Below are positions 9,226 through 22,003 of a stretch of 64,000 nt of DNA, piece by piece. Source of the stretch: an uncultured virus (IMG/VR IMGVR_UViG_3300031474_000004) (Duplodnaviria > Heunggongvirae > Uroviricota > Caudoviricetes). The notes below the pieces were generated by a model that ran no database searches, was not told where the DNA came from, and saw only the letters and a list, made by a program, of their open reading frames with translations. The stretch spans positions 1 through 64,000 of IMG/VR virus record IMGVR_UViG_3300031474_000004; one strand, 5' to 3'. Positions within the stretch are counted from its first letter, which is position 1, and every line of letters begins with the position of its first letter. Position numbers and translations under genes: made by a program.

Positions 9226-11685
9226 TGTTCTACCGTATTCAAAGGAAAACCAACCTCTTAAAGGTAGATCCGTTCTTCGCAACGTTGCAGAACATATCGA
9301 CGCAAGGTGATTTGAAATTCGAGTTCAGGTACGTTGTCAACCAACTGAAGATGCTCGATCTGGGTTCGACCGTCGTTCGCGTCAGAATCCTGAACAAGAT
9401 CGTGACAAAAAATCCTACGTTCGTGAATTCACGAATTGGATTCGATGATTCGAAACAAGCAGTGAAGAATATTCTTCAACAATCACAGGATTCGAAGAAG
9501 GCTCAAAACCAGCAAGAAACTGAGATCATTGCCACAAAATTGAGTGATTTTTCATCAAAAATAAGTAAAGAAGTTGTCACTGCGATCAAAGCGGGTGTAC
9601 CCACTGAAGATATTCCCGCGTTGAGAAAGAACGTACTGAGAACTGTTTCAGTCAACGAGATCAATCAAAATAATGATCTGAAGCCGATCTTACAATTCAT
9701 CTCTCACGAGAATTTCACCAATGTTTCCTCGTCTTTCAGCACCGTCGATGAACAAAGTATGATGTACAGAATGGTCACTGAAGAGGGAGTCGATCCTTCG
9801 AGCATCGTTGATCTATCTCACAGGAGCGTTACGGCAAAAAAACTCATTTGAAGGAATCTTGAGAAGGACTAAATCTCGTGAAACCGTCATCGATTCCGTG
9901 AGTCAATTGTTGAACATGCATCTCGTGGGACAAGTTCAATCTCTAGAATTCGATAGAACATCATCTTCGGATTTCAACGATGACTCACAAAAAATTCAGA
10001 TTCAAGATTCAGTTTTCTCTGATGAGATTGAAATACCCACTTCGATGGTGATATTGAATCGCGTCAGAAAGCGTTTAGGAACGAATGGTTCACAATTCAT
10101 CGTTCAATTCGAATTGATCGATCGAAAGACAAAAGCAAGCATTCAAATTGTTTCTAAGCAATTGAATGTTTCAGAGCACATTCAACAATTTCAATTACCC
10201 GTAAAAGCACCCGATGTCAACATTACGTCATCAAGTTCGTCTCGGGTCAATCTTGAGGTCAAGCAAATTGATCGCAATTCTTCATTGATCGATGTTTACA
10301 AAAAAGTGATCAACGTGATCAACGTTGATAATGATGAGTACAAGCACGTAAAAACTCTCACCGTGAATCCCGATCAATTCATCAAATTTCCCGTTGATAA
10401 ACCGTTGACATCAACGATTCTGTACAGATTCATTCCCCGTGGGAAGAACGACAGGCTGGGTTCAAGTTACACGAACATCATACTGAAAACTGACAGGGCG
10501 GTTCAAGATAAGTCTCTCTCACTTGTAACTCGTTTAGTTGAAACCGGCATCGAGATCGAAGCATCCTCATTTCCTCCCGGGTTGGTTTCAATCGAGTTTT
10601 TGGGCAGAAATCTATCGACGTTTGAAAAATCGTACAGAAACATTGGAACGGATAATTTTTCAATCACTGAATCGATAAGAACCCTTGATTCAGTTTCCGT
10701 GATTGATACGTTGACATTGAATGGTGACGTTTATGAGTACGTCGCTAGAATGCATTTCAAGTCAGGAATTCCCGAGTATTCACAAAGTTCCGTGATCGAA
10801 AAAATTGAATTCAAACGAGATGAACTTGACATCATTGTTTCACAGTTAAGCGTCGTGAATGATTTGAACAATCCAAACGTGACATTCACGATCAACGTTA
10901 GGCTCGTTGATAATGATTCAGACATCACTCGAAAATTGCTCGAACGTTCGGGACTGAAGAATTTGTTCGAGAACGAGTTATTGAATGAACGTGATCTGAT
11001 AAAAGATCTTGTTTCATTTAACGTTCAAAGGATCAATTTGACTACAGGAGAACGAGAAAATTTTGGAACATTGACGAACAACATTTTTAATGATGCAAAT
11101 CTACAAAAGAACAATTCCGTGAAACCGTTGAAATTCGATCAAAAATACCAGTACGAAGTGTATGCAATGCTTCGCTCGGCCGAGACATTGTTTGAAACAT
11201 TGTTAAAAACGAAGGTTGATCCTACAACGGGTAAGTCATACCAGTTTAAACCATCGAATAAGTACCATCCTCTAGCCTTGATTGAAGGGATTGTAACTAC
11301 CTCACAAGGTCTAAAAACAAAGCCCAAAAATGCATTTGAATACGGAAGATTAGGCATGTACGAGGTTGTGAACGTTTCATTTGATGAGAACACCGTCGAA
11401 ATAAGCAACGTAAAGGCGAGCAGGTTTGACAATGAAAGAAATGTCATATCATGGGATGTCAACGGTTCGATCAATAAGATTGATCATTTCTTGATCATGA
11501 AAGATGTTCATGGTGTAAGGACAATGATTGGCAAGTCACATGCAAATTCAAAGTTCCAAACAATCCAACACTTTCATTTTTTGAACGAACATGATCGTGG
11601 TGAATTCAAGTACGTTATTGTATTTGTGAGGAACAATTACACGATTAGTTCAGAGTTCGTTTCAAACTCGATTGAGGTAGAATAA
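9225..11685 (+). CDS. Large beta-rich (Ig/FN3-like) virion protein; one ORF broken by +1 A at about 9836-9842
   Basis: ORFs 9225-9851 and 9808-11685 join as TAKNSFEG if A7 is read as A6; FN3-like W and Y-x-Y patterns. Confidence 0.6.
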
Positions 11686-14600
11686 TGGCAATTTTTAAGT
11701 CTTTATCAATTCTTGCACAGACTGTGACAAGAACGGGTGGTATTGAGATTCAATCACCATCTAAACCACTAAGCGCCGCGTCAATTCTTAAATCTCCCGC
11801 ACGTCCCGCCTTGAATTCATCAACGATCACTAACGTTTCAAAATTATTCGTGAAAGAACCCCAGAAGAATGTGAACGTTATTGTACAAAGAGGTACTTCG
11901 TTCACGACATTGACGAATACTAATTTGGAAGATCTGATTTCAAATGCTACGAACTCGAATCGTCAAGCATTTCCGCCCGTTATCAAGATCCCTAACCTTA
12001 TTTTGCCTTCTTATCGTCCAGGTCCCAATCGAAACAAGTCAATAAATGACCTGATCGTCCCAACGAGGAAACTTGAAGCCTACGAAAATCTAACTGGAAT
12101 CTCACAAGATCTGCCCGAAATACTTTTGTTGACACCGTTCAAGCCGCTGTTTCAGGGAACGTCAATATTGAATAAAAAACAGAATTACACGACATTAATG
12201 ACGAACGAAGGAATCTTTGTTGAATCTCGAATTCAACTTATGAACTTACAATTCATCAACATGATAAACATGCTGAAGACATTGTCTGACTCTGATCAAG
12301 ACTTGAAGGAAAATCTAAAGATCAGAAGTTTTGAGATCAACAGTTCTTTGAATTCTCTGCACTCGACATCAAAGTTTCTGTTGAATCTGATCATCAAGAC
12401 GAAACACGTCAAAGATCAACTTGATCTGAGAAATTCGTTGTACAACATTGATACGAAAAAATATCGTTCGAACATCAAATCAATTTTTCAACGGGCAACA
12501 ATGACACGAATTCGAAATTCGATCAACTTTCGGTTGGAAAATTCATCTCAAAGACATTCACGTTCGTTGATATCCTGGAATCACAGGGGTTCGATCGTAA
12601 GGTTCTAGAGAATATTTTTACATCTACTAAGTTGTGGATGCAAATGCTTTACGAGTACAAAAGGATCATTAAAAATCAATCAGATCAATTCTTGAACGTG
12701 AAGACGAAAAAGAAGACGGATCAAAATTCTACGAACATTTTCAAGGATTCAATAAAAATTTTCAATGTTTCGACGATAGATCCTCCCGGCTTACAAGGTA
12801 TCGCTGACCTAGCAAAAAAACAAGTTCAAGATGTTGCTGACGTCGTAAACATTACAGCCAACGCGTTTGACTCAATCTATTCACAGAGTTCATTTGAGAG
12901 CGATGAATCGAAGGTGGCATTACTTTCGAACGCGCTGTGTAAGGAGTATTCGTATTCAAGGGGGTTGCTAGATCCTAGCTTGATTGAATTATTGAGAAAT
13001 TCTTATCAATACACGGTTTCGAACGGTAATGGTGGCAATTTGAACGTGTTCGATAATGTTTTAGGACAATTTCCTTCGAACGTTTTATCGATCCCTCTAA
13101 GCAATCTAAATTCTCTCGTTTCTCTTTCTCAGGTTTCCATTTCACAGAACGTCGCGGTATTACCGTTCGAATCAAAGTACCTCGATGGTGATTCGGGATT
13201 CGTTACACCTGGTGCTAGTTGGTATATTGATCAAATCTTTCAACTAACGAACGGAAAATTCGATGTCAAGAATCTTGATGAGTTGTTAAGCATGTTAAAA
13301 ACCGCGTACAAAAACTACAATCTTGTGCTTGATCGAATGAACATTAACATGATTGAGAACTCGGGAACGAACATGGGAAATGTAATGTTAAATCCCACCA
13401 AGTTCGTTCAAAGGGCGATTGATCTATTTTCTGACAAGCAAGGAAATACGTTCGGATACATTCAAGATGATCCCATGACGAACGTGTTCGTCATGGCGTT
13501 GCAATCAAAACAATTGAAAGCGCTTCTGTTTTTGTTTTCGATCAATCAAATTTCACGTTCTTACAATTCAGATTTGAGATTTCCAAATGCGTTACAAGAA
13601 CTCGATAGTTCACCCTTTACGGATGAACTTGTGAATCAAATCGGAAAGCTTTTGGTCTCACTGACTCGACCCACATCGACAAATTTGAGTGAAGCTGGAA
13701 CTTCAACCGTTTCACTGGTAGCAATCAAAAAACTCATCAGAAAAGGTACGCTTGTTTCAACGTTGATCAATAGCACGATGCTTCAGGTGTATCATGAATT
13801 CAAACATATCAATGCAATCAATCTATCGGGGCGAACGGTGTACAGCGGTCATCTTGATACCATCATGATGATGGTCGTCTTTGATACTATGATCACCTCT
13901 TTGGCGATGACGACATCAACGAGAATCACGGGACGATTGTTTCAACCTCGCATTCAAGCTTCGCACGATGAAACATTCATCGTACATGTTGAAAAAAGAA
14001 ACGTTCGTGAACGTGCATCATCAATCACGAATAAGCTTCAGGTTGAATTGGGTACGATTCAGAGTTTTTCATGGTTAATTCTTGAAACGATTCGTCGTTT
14101 ATCAGATTCATTAACGACGTTCTACAATTTCTTAAATTCGCCACAAGCAATTACAAACATGGCATCGATTACAACGACAATTAACAACCCCGAACAAATG
14201 AAGTTCTTGCTTAGTGAACAACAGATCATGTTATTGAATTCGAATGTAGATGACATACTTGCTAAATTCAAAACTTCACAGTTAGATATGACTCGAACTA
14301 ACACTCAGAACGATGAAATTAAAATTTTGGACGATGTGAACGTGCCATTGAATGTTAAGAACGTTCTATACGAAACACTGATTCAACCAGAATTCTCAAC
14401 GAAAAAAGCATTGAACAAAAAAATTCTGACCGTCGGATTACCACTAGATTTTTCACGAAGATTGTCACAAAAGGGGAAAATTTCAACACAAGCGACCGAC
14501 AAATTGAAGAGCAAACAACTTGATATTGTCAAGATTTTTGTTTACAGGATCGACACGCTGAATCAGGACATCGTCTTTAAACCACAGAAGCTGTTGTTCG

Positions 14601-15509
14601 AGCTATCGAGATTTCCGGTTAGAAATTTTGACACTATGAACGACGTTTCTCGAGGAGCAAGCATTCAAAGTATCATTGGATCCGTTGCATTGCGTGACTT
14701 TGGGGAGTCACTTGACGAGAATTCATCATCAGCGGTATCGTATTACCTCGAAGGCGATGCAAACAGTGCATTCAATTCGCCCAGTTATGAATTTCTATCG
14801 TTGCAACAAAAACGAGAACTAGCACGAAATCATGTGCTTAGTTACATGCTCGAGATCTACATCAAATTATTGACTGGCATTTCAACATCGGATCATTCAT
14901 TCACAATGGATGCGAACGATGAAAAAACGATCAAAATGTTCGAAAGCACGTTCATCAAATTGTTGATTGAAAAGAACACAGCCGTTGTTACGAACGGTAT
15001 TGCAAATACGATCAAACAAAGTCAGATTTCTTCGATTGGAACATTCTTTTCATCGAATAGATCGACGGCGTCATCACGAATGGTTGGTATTGCTGGAAGC
15101 AACAAGAACCTCACTTTCACGGCTGCCACAAGTTTAGCCTCGTTACCTCGTCAAGGTATCAAACCTCTGATGAATCTCGTGAAGCTCGTTTCAAAGGTTT
15201 CAAATTTGAAAACAACGATCAGCGATGGAGTTTTAATGTCAAAGAACATCATTCGTCCACGACAATTTGATCGAGTATTCAACGTCATCATTGACCCTGA
15301 TGATTTTGAAATCAATTATGAGGCGACGATCAAGACAGAGTACGGTAAAAAAATCATTCGAACAACTGATCAAGAAACGCATCGTCATCCCCGTAGATTC
15401 AAACGATCAACGACGTAGAGCGTACAAGTTCCGTGAAAACGATATTTCTCAAGGTTCCGCTTCGTTCGATAAGTACTTTGTAACGCTTGGAACGTTTGAC
15501 GAGGAATAA
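11685..15509 (+). CDS. Very large putative virion protein (~1270 aa) broken by two homopolymer indels
   Basis: Frames 11685-12608, 12632-15418 and 15267-15509 can be joined at A-runs 12456-12461 and 15347-15353; TAATG coupling at both ends. Confidence 0.55.
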
Positions 15510-17389
15510 TGACACAATCTTTACCATCGAACGAAGCATGTACCATTGACGTCAAAGAGGTTGAAAGATTCACAGCAAAGTTCTTTTATCAACACTTTGT
15601 TAAAGATGAATGCACGAATGACTCGGGAGAGTCAATTGACGTTGACATAAAAAACGTCTCTGGTACAGATGGATCAAACGTTCCTTTGAAAAAGGTTCCT
15701 CGATACATTGAACTAAAGTTCATTCCTGTCGCAGTTTCTAGTGAGAATGTTGACAATCAAGTGATCAAACGAGATCAGGCTTCTCAATTAATCAGCGATC
15801 ATTTTGATTCGATAGTGACTGAGGATCAATTTTCGTCGAATTCGTTCATAAGCATCAATTTTCACGACGGATCGATGGATGACAAGATTTATGAAGTTGT
15901 CAGTGGTTCCCTTCAACAATTCATGTTGAATACTGAGAAGAATTCCAACGTTAGTAATAATAAGCTTTCAAAGCAATTCAATTCATTGTTATCAGATGAT
16001 GTCGATGCTGATTTTTTATCATCAAAGTTTTCATCATTGACTCGATCATCGGGCGCGTCATTTCATTCACTTTCTGAAGGAACCGATAGGATCAAGACCG
16101 CGGAAGCGATCGATGCGATCAGTTCTGGTCGAGGTGACAAGGTTGCAATCATTGAAAGACCTTCTCGAGGAACGAACGTTAGCGTGCAACTGAATGCTAA
16201 GATCATCAATGACGTGTTAAAAACACAAATTGACGATCCCACTTCACCCTATTCAAGCGACTTGCAAGACCTTTTGAATTCGACACAAAGCACGCAAAGA
16301 ACTGCAAAGCAACGAAATCAAATACCGTCGGACGAGGACTACATGACAATGATTCCATTCATTGACCTCGACGTTCAAAATTCTTCAACAAAGCATGATG
16401 AATCTTCAAGACGCGTCGTTGGTTACGTCATTGATAAATTTGAGATCGATCAAAACCAGAACACGATTGAAAAGGAAAGGTTGATCATCGAAAATCCATT
16501 CGCGACACGGATCATCGATTCACGCGTAAAGTACGGTTCGACGTACAGGTACCAGATCAGGACGATCGTCCTATTCATTCTTCCCGCCGTCGATGCCGAC
16601 ACGGGCGAACTTGCAATGGTGAAAGCATTGATCAGTTCAAAACCATCAAGGCCTGAGTACGTTGAGTGTACGGAGAATCAGGCTCCACCCGTACCAAACG
16701 ATGTCAACTTCATTTGGGATTACGAGACAGAAAAATTGATGGTCACTTGGAATTTACCCACGAAACCTCAAAGGGATATCAAACAATTTCAGGTGTTCAA
16801 AAGAACGTCGCTTGAGTCATCGTACGACCTTGTGAAGCAATTCAACTTCAACGATAGCGACTCGCCCATCGAACAAAACGAAAATCCCGATCCTTCCGTG
16901 CTTGAAGTGACAAATTCACCTCGAACGTTCTGGATTGATGAAAAATTCAAGAAAAATAGCAAGTACATCTACTCGGTGTGTTCGATAGATGCTCATGGCC
17001 TCTCAAGCGGTTACTCGGCCCAATTCGAGGTCGGATTTGATATCTTTAAGAACAAACTAACGAAATCACTCGTCAGTCACTCAGGTGCCCCGAAACCCTA
17101 TCCGAACATGTACGTAGAGAACCAATTGTTCGTTGATTCAATCAGGACGTCACGCGGCTCGAGAATGAAGCTCTACTTCAATCCCGAGTACTACTCGCTC
17201 GTCAATAATCAGAAAAAGGTCATCAAGACGCTTTCAACGAAGCAAGACGGGGGGAGATACTTGTTGCAAGTACTGAACCTCGATAATCAGAAGGTTGAAA
17301 ATTTAACGATCACGATCGATGATCAAACGAAGCAATCGAAAACGAACACAAAATCAACGAAAGTTCTAACAAAGAATCGAACGAAGTGA
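15509..17389 (+). CDS. FN3-like repeat virion/baseplate protein
   Basis: VKYGSTYRYQIR, LMVTW and YIYSVCSIDAHG FN3-like signatures. Confidence 0.6.
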   Translation: MTQSLPSNEACTIDVKEVERFTAKFFYQHFVKDECTNDSGESIDVDIKNVSGTDGSNVPLKKVPRYIELKFIPVAVSSENVDNQVIKRDQASQLISDHFDSIVTEDQFSSNSFISINFHDGSMDDKIYEVVSGSLQQFMLNTEKNSNVSNNKLSKQFNSLLSDDVDADFLSSKFSSLTRSSGASFHSLSEGTDRIKTAEAIDAISSGRGDKVAIIERPSRGTNVSVQLNAKIINDVLKTQIDDPTSPYSSDLQDLLNSTQSTQRTAKQRNQIPSDEDYMTMIPFIDLDVQNSSTKHDESSRRVVGYVIDKFEIDQNQNTIEKERLIIENPFATRIIDSRVKYGSTYRYQIRTIVLFILPAVDADTGELAMVKALISSKPSRPEYVECTENQAPPVPNDVNFIWDYETEKLMVTWNLPTKPQRDIKQFQVFKRTSLESSYDLVKQFNFNDSDSPIEQNENPDPSVLEVTNSPRTFWIDEKFKKNSKYIYSVCSIDAHGLSSGYSAQFEVGFDIFKNKLTKSLVSHSGAPKPYPNMYVENQLFVDSIRTSRGSRMKLYFNPEYYSLVNNQKKVIKTLSTKQDGGRYLLQVLNLDNQKVENLTITIDDQTKQSKTNTKSTKVLTKNRTK

Positions 17390-17628
17390 ACTCAGTACCC
17401 GACGATCAATTTCTACCGGGAGATTCAATCATCGTGTTCAAGGGTTCGTATGACATCGTCGCAAGCGATTGGCCATTCGTTGAATCGTTCGAGGATGATT
17501 CGTTCGGAATGATCTTGGGAGCGAGAAGTAACATGTTGTCGGAACAGGATTTCATCGTCCTTGTGAACCAGAAATTGCTGTACGTTCAAGGATATCGGAT
17601 GGTGAGATCTAATGAACATCAATCTTGA
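17386..17628 (+). CDS. Small LxPGD-motif (SH3/KOW-like) protein
   Basis: FLPGDSIIV...GMIL; GTGA overlap. Confidence 0.55.
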   Translation: MNSVPDDQFLPGDSIIVFKGSYDIVASDWPFVESFEDDSFGMILGARSNMLSEQDFIVLVNQKLLYVQGYRMVRSNEHQS

Positions 17629-17644
17629 TTCGATTTAGAATTGA

Positions 17645-18649
17645 TTGATGTACTTGGGTGTAGAAAAAATCGTAAAGAAGGATTCTTGGAATAGGACATC
17701 AACGAAGCACGTTCATAAATTTCAATGTGATGAATGCGGTAAATCGTACGACTTGTACAGAAATCGAAAAAGAAGGTTGCATTTTTGTTCTAAGTCATGT
17801 AAAAATGCATCAAAATTGCTTCAAAGGTTGATCACTGATGTTTGCATTGAACGTTATGGTGGAAGAGGTAATGCGTCCATTGAATTGAAATTGAAGAACC
17901 AGACGACGTGTCTTAAAATTTACGGTGCATCACATCCTTGGAAAAATGACGATGTTCATGAAAAATGCATGGTGACGACAGAAAACTTGCATGGTTCGAG
18001 AGGATACTTTGGAACTAAAAATTACAAGAAAGCGTTGAAAGAAAACTGGAATGTTGATCACCCCATGCATTCAGGCGAGATCAAAGAAAAACATCGTAAT
18101 ACTTGTCTTGCAAATTTGGGAGTCGAATACCCCTTGCAATCATCGATTTCGATGAAAAAAATGAACGAAACCTGTAATGACAAATTCGGCGTCAAATGGG
18201 GATTTCAAATTGAATCTTGTATTCGTAATTCTCATACGAATGAAGCCCATAAAAAACGACATGAAACGTTAAAAAAGAATGGTTCATACACTAAATCAAG
18301 ATGGGAAGATCGATTTCATGAGTTTCTTTGTTCACGATTTTCAATTGTTGAACGTCAGGTGAGCATGAATCAACGATGGGCGATTGATTTCTATGTTGAA
18401 CAATTAGATTCTTACGTTCAATTCGATGGTGTTTATTGGCACGGCCTTGATCGTGACGAGAATGAGATAAAAAACAGCACGAACAAGCGTGATAAAACGA
18501 TCTTCAAGAAGTTCTTAACGGATAAAACTCAAAATGAATGGTTCAAAGAACAGAATTTGAAGTTAGTTAGAATAACCGACAAAGAGTTCATGTCATGTTG
18601 GAAGACACAGAATTTTTCCGGTATTGATTTGAAATTGTCAGGAGAATAA
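17645..18649 (+). CDS. Putative homing endonuclease (Zn finger, TCLxxYG repeats, Vsr/DUF559-like nuclease)
   Basis: CDECG, FCSKSC, repeated TC...YG units, IDFY...QFDGVYWH...LVRI. Confidence 0.75.
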   Translation: MMYLGVEKIVKKDSWNRTSTKHVHKFQCDECGKSYDLYRNRKRRLHFCSKSCKNASKLLQRLITDVCIERYGGRGNASIELKLKNQTTCLKIYGASHPWKNDDVHEKCMVTTENLHGSRGYFGTKNYKKALKENWNVDHPMHSGEIKEKHRNTCLANLGVEYPLQSSISMKKMNETCNDKFGVKWGFQIESCIRNSHTNEAHKKRHETLKKNGSYTKSRWEDRFHEFLCSRFSIVERQVSMNQRWAIDFYVEQLDSYVQFDGVYWHGLDRDENEIKNSTNKRDKTIFKKFLTDKTQNEWFKEQNLKLVRITDKEFMSCWKTQNFSGIDLKLSGE

Positions 18650-18650
18650 T

Positions 18651-19913
18651 TTGGCCACGTACAAAGAAATTTTAGCGGGAGATATCAAGAGCAGTCGAAG
18701 TTTCCTCTCGCAATTGATAGATTGTTTACAAGAAGACGTGAGTGCCTCTGTTTCCCGACAACAATATCAACATTTTGTAACTGGCGGACTTGGGCCGGGC
18801 GTAACCTCGTCGCTCTTTCAAACTGTTTACGATCAAGATTTCACGCTTCAAACTGCGAATGCAATCTTTGACATGACGGTAGGAATCCTTCCCGGTGGCA
18901 CAACGGCCCTCACATCACAATCAGGTACCGATTCAGCTGGTAAGGAATTATTCCCGTCTTCTTCGTTAATGATGCGAGAAAAGATGGACGTCTATCGTCA
19001 ATTCTCATCCGCCCTCCTTGGCGATGTGAACTCAACGTTCACCGCCCCATTCGATTCATCGGACGTTTCTAATGAGATCGATGTTGGGCTTTTCATCGCG
19101 TTCAAGCGTCTTTTTGCTAGGGATCAAATCAAACGTGAAACGTTCGCAATGCGTTTCTTCCAATCTGCATCCGCAGTTGGACTTAACGGTCAAACGACGG
19201 TCAATCTAACTCAACAAACGAACTGGCGTCCGAACCTGAATGTCGCGTCAGTGTCGGGTTCAGCAATCTACACCGATATTGGTTCGGCAACGAATAAGTT
19301 GACCGCCTTCGGTGGAGCGGTCGGAAACATCGTTGACAGCGCAAACACTTCACGCACCGTTGGCGTCATGTTCTACGACAGGGGAATCGCTGTTCTCGAC
19401 CTTGCAAAGATCACATCCGCATCGCAGTTCGTTTCTGGAACGATCGATGCAATGCATGTTCTCGGTCAACAAACTCTCGGAGGACCTGGAACACAAACTG
19501 CCTTCAATAGCAAGTTCATCCCCGATTTCGTGGTCAGCGCAAGTCTTGACAACATTGTTGATCACATCGCCGCAACCCGGTTCGGTAGCGGTTCACAAAC
19601 TGCGATCACCTTCCAGAACGTTACGAACATCAATTCAACGTTGATCTTTGCCAAGCTGGGTGCAGACGAATTCAATTACAGTTCAAATCCAACGTACACT
19701 GATAGTGAAGATCGTATCAGGGTCATTGAAGTCGGTCAGGAAGAGAATCAAACGGCATTCAGCTTCGTAACATCGATCGGTATTTACGATTCGAATGATA
19801 CGTTGCTTGCCGTCGCCAAGACAAGTCGGCCCATTGAAAAAAATAATGAACGGGACCTTACGATACGCATAAGATTGGATTTCGCCCAGAAAAGAAGGTT
19901 TCACTTGATTTAA
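18651..19913 (+). CDS. Putative baseplate/tail structural protein (tail-collar-like C-half motif)
   Basis: FNYSSNPTY...IGIYDSNDTLLAVAK..RPIEK...IRIRLDF; TTG start with GGAG RBS. Confidence 0.7.
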   Translation: MATYKEILAGDIKSSRSFLSQLIDCLQEDVSASVSRQQYQHFVTGGLGPGVTSSLFQTVYDQDFTLQTANAIFDMTVGILPGGTTALTSQSGTDSAGKELFPSSSLMMREKMDVYRQFSSALLGDVNSTFTAPFDSSDVSNEIDVGLFIAFKRLFARDQIKRETFAMRFFQSASAVGLNGQTTVNLTQQTNWRPNLNVASVSGSAIYTDIGSATNKLTAFGGAVGNIVDSANTSRTVGVMFYDRGIAVLDLAKITSASQFVSGTIDAMHVLGQQTLGGPGTQTAFNSKFIPDFVVSASLDNIVDHIAATRFGSGSQTAITFQNVTNINSTLIFAKLGADEFNYSSNPTYTDSEDRIRVIEVGQEENQTAFSFVTSIGIYDSNDTLLAVAKTSRPIEKNNERDLTIRIRLDFAQKRRFHLI

Positions 19914-19943
19914 CAAAATGTATGGGTAACGTACAATGGTCAT

Positions 19944-21032
19944 ATGCCAAGGTATTTACCCGTAACGAATCAATGTGAAGTTTGTCATAATCCCTTTACA
20001 GTAGCGTACCGTTTCCGTGGTACGAAAACTTGTAACAAGGAATGCTTCAAGAAATTGATGTCTTCGAAAAAGAGGACTGAACGTATCAAGAAACAATGCT
20101 TGAACGATAAATGCGGGAAGATCTTTGATCTAAAGATCACCTACGAGAACATTCAAAAGTACTGCAGTCAAATCTGTTTCTACGATCACAAGTACGGACG
20201 AGAATCAGCAATCGTCACATTGATCTGTAAATCATGCGGAAATGATTTTGATCGTGTGTTCAGCAAACGTCGACACAGATGTTGTTCAAAAAAATGTTTT
20301 AGTGTTCAACAAAGTCTGGCAATGATGGGTAAAAATAATCCAATGTTTGGTAAAGGACCAATGTTGGGTCGTGTTGCATGGAACAACGGTAAAACAACCG
20401 AAACAGACGACAGATTAAAAAATCTAGGACGTGAAGTTTCACGATCGTTGCAAAGAGGATTTGAATCCGGAAAATTGACTCATGTGGGCGAGAACAATCC
20501 GAACTTTGGGCGGACCCGAGAAACACGTTCAATCGAGAACCTCGAAAACTACAGCAAGGCAGCATCACAACGCGTGATCGATGGAGTCTCTTGCAACAAC
20601 AAGAATTTCATGCAAGGAAATTTCTTCAGCAAGAAACAGAACGAAAGTTTCCATTATCGTTCATCGTACGAACTTCGATTGATGCTTTGCTATGAAGTTG
20701 ATGAAGATATAATTTCGTACGAACATGAACCGTTCGTGATCAAGTACGACGAAGGCAAACGTTACATACCCGATTTCTTAATATTGAAGAACTCATGTGA
20801 AAAAGCTATGATCGTTGAAGTCAAACCCGAAATGTTCTTGCAGAATTTAGATGTAGTTGAAAAAGCAAACGCGGCTCGCGATTATTGTGACAAAAATGAC
20901 ATGACGTACGAATTCATCACATTGAATGACATCGTACGTTACGAGAAAACGTTATCAATAGATTCTGAACGACACAAAAATTTACATGAACAGAATTCAA
21001 CCTTAAACGGGGGTGTGAAGTATGCGTCATGA
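19944..21032 (+). CDS. Putative homing endonuclease (Zn fingers, NUMOD, TnsA-like PD-(D/E)XK domain)
   Basis: Several CxxC/CS..C motifs, WNNGKT, YRSSYE...YIPDF...EVKP. Confidence 0.75.
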   Translation: MPRYLPVTNQCEVCHNPFTVAYRFRGTKTCNKECFKKLMSSKKRTERIKKQCLNDKCGKIFDLKITYENIQKYCSQICFYDHKYGRESAIVTLICKSCGNDFDRVFSKRRHRCCSKKCFSVQQSLAMMGKNNPMFGKGPMLGRVAWNNGKTTETDDRLKNLGREVSRSLQRGFESGKLTHVGENNPNFGRTRETRSIENLENYSKAASQRVIDGVSCNNKNFMQGNFFSKKQNESFHYRSSYELRLMLCYEVDEDIISYEHEPFVIKYDEGKRYIPDFLILKNSCEKAMIVEVKPEMFLQNLDVVEKANAARDYCDKNDMTYEFITLNDIVRYEKTLSIDSERHKNLHEQNSTLNGGVKYAS

Positions 21033-21378
21033 AATCCTGGTCGGAGCTAGAACATATCAAATGTTCCTGTTATCGTCTAAGGAATTCAATGAACGAGTAA
21101 AAATACTGACTGGTCAGGATCTGTGTTCAAAACTTGGATTGACCGATCATTACAATCAAGAAATTTACGTTTGTAATGATATTCACCCAGAACTAATGAG
21201 AGAGATCATAGTTCATGAAATCGTTCATGTCATGTTAGAAGATGCAGGTCTGGCTTCGTTGCAAAATCAGAACATTGAATTGAACGAGATCGTTACATCG
21301 ATCATTTCACCTCGTTTAACGCAAGTTCTGTCACAGAACAAAAAGATCTTCGATCTGTTGTTTAGTGGAACTCGTTGA
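21022..21378 (+). CDS. Small HExxH zincin-like protein
   Basis: HEIVH motif with a downstream E. Confidence 0.6.
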   Translation: MRHEILVGARTYQMFLLSSKEFNERVKILTGQDLCSKLGLTDHYNQEIYVCNDIHPELMREIIVHEIVHVMLEDAGLASLQNQNIELNEIVTSIISPRLTQVLSQNKKIFDLLFSGTR

Positions 21379-21667
21379 TATCGACATTGACGACTCGTTG
21401 TTCTTTGAACCTCCAAAGGATGAAAATTTAATCATGTTCAAAGATTCATTCAATGAACTTTACGATCGAAAAGCTGAACTCACCCAAAGGGGAAATGTTG
21501 TCTCAATCAGTTTTGGCCAATCGCCCCGCCGATCGGTCGAACACAACGCTCTGTACTGGTATGGATTTTCCGTGTTGGATATGATCAACCATTTGTACAT
21601 TACCTTACCAGAACTCATCATCACAAGATCACCGGGACTTAGATGTGCGAATTCATTCAAAGATTGA
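21365..21667 (+). CDS. Hypothetical protein
   Basis: ORF coupled to the upstream gene. Confidence 0.45.
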   Translation: MELVDIDIDDSLFFEPPKDENLIMFKDSFNELYDRKAELTQRGNVVSISFGQSPRRSVEHNALYWYGFSVLDMINHLYITLPELIITRSPGLRCANSFKD

Positions 21668-22003
21668 AGGCTTGATTGCATCGAAATTCGCGTCCAAAAA
21701 GTAACAAATTGTTGGAATTGTACTTGAAATGCCCGGCGGCCATCGATCCATACCACCTCTGATCGTTCTGTCAACGCTTGACGGATTCACGATGCACGCA
21801 GCGAACGTTGATCGGTGTTCGGTTTTTACGTTTGAATTACCCAATTTCATGTGACCGATCACAAGAAACGTTTTACAAATTTTTTGCATGACCGACAACC
21901 TGTCGCGTTGACGAATAAAGCCATGAACCTCCGCCTTTTTAGTGATTCGAGGCATGACGATCGTGCCAGGTGGGTGAAAATTGCTCAAGTGATCAAGATT
22001 CAT
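21653..22003 (-). CDS. Hypothetical protein (PPGTIV, possibly LxPGD-related)
   Basis: ATGA coupling with 22000-22245. Confidence 0.5.
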   Translation of the reverse strand: MNLDHLSNFHPPGTIVMPRITKKAEVHGFIRQRDRLSVMQKICKTFLVIGHMKLGNSNVKTEHRSTFAACIVNPSSVDRTIRGGMDRWPPGISSTIPTICYFLDANFDAIKPSIFE

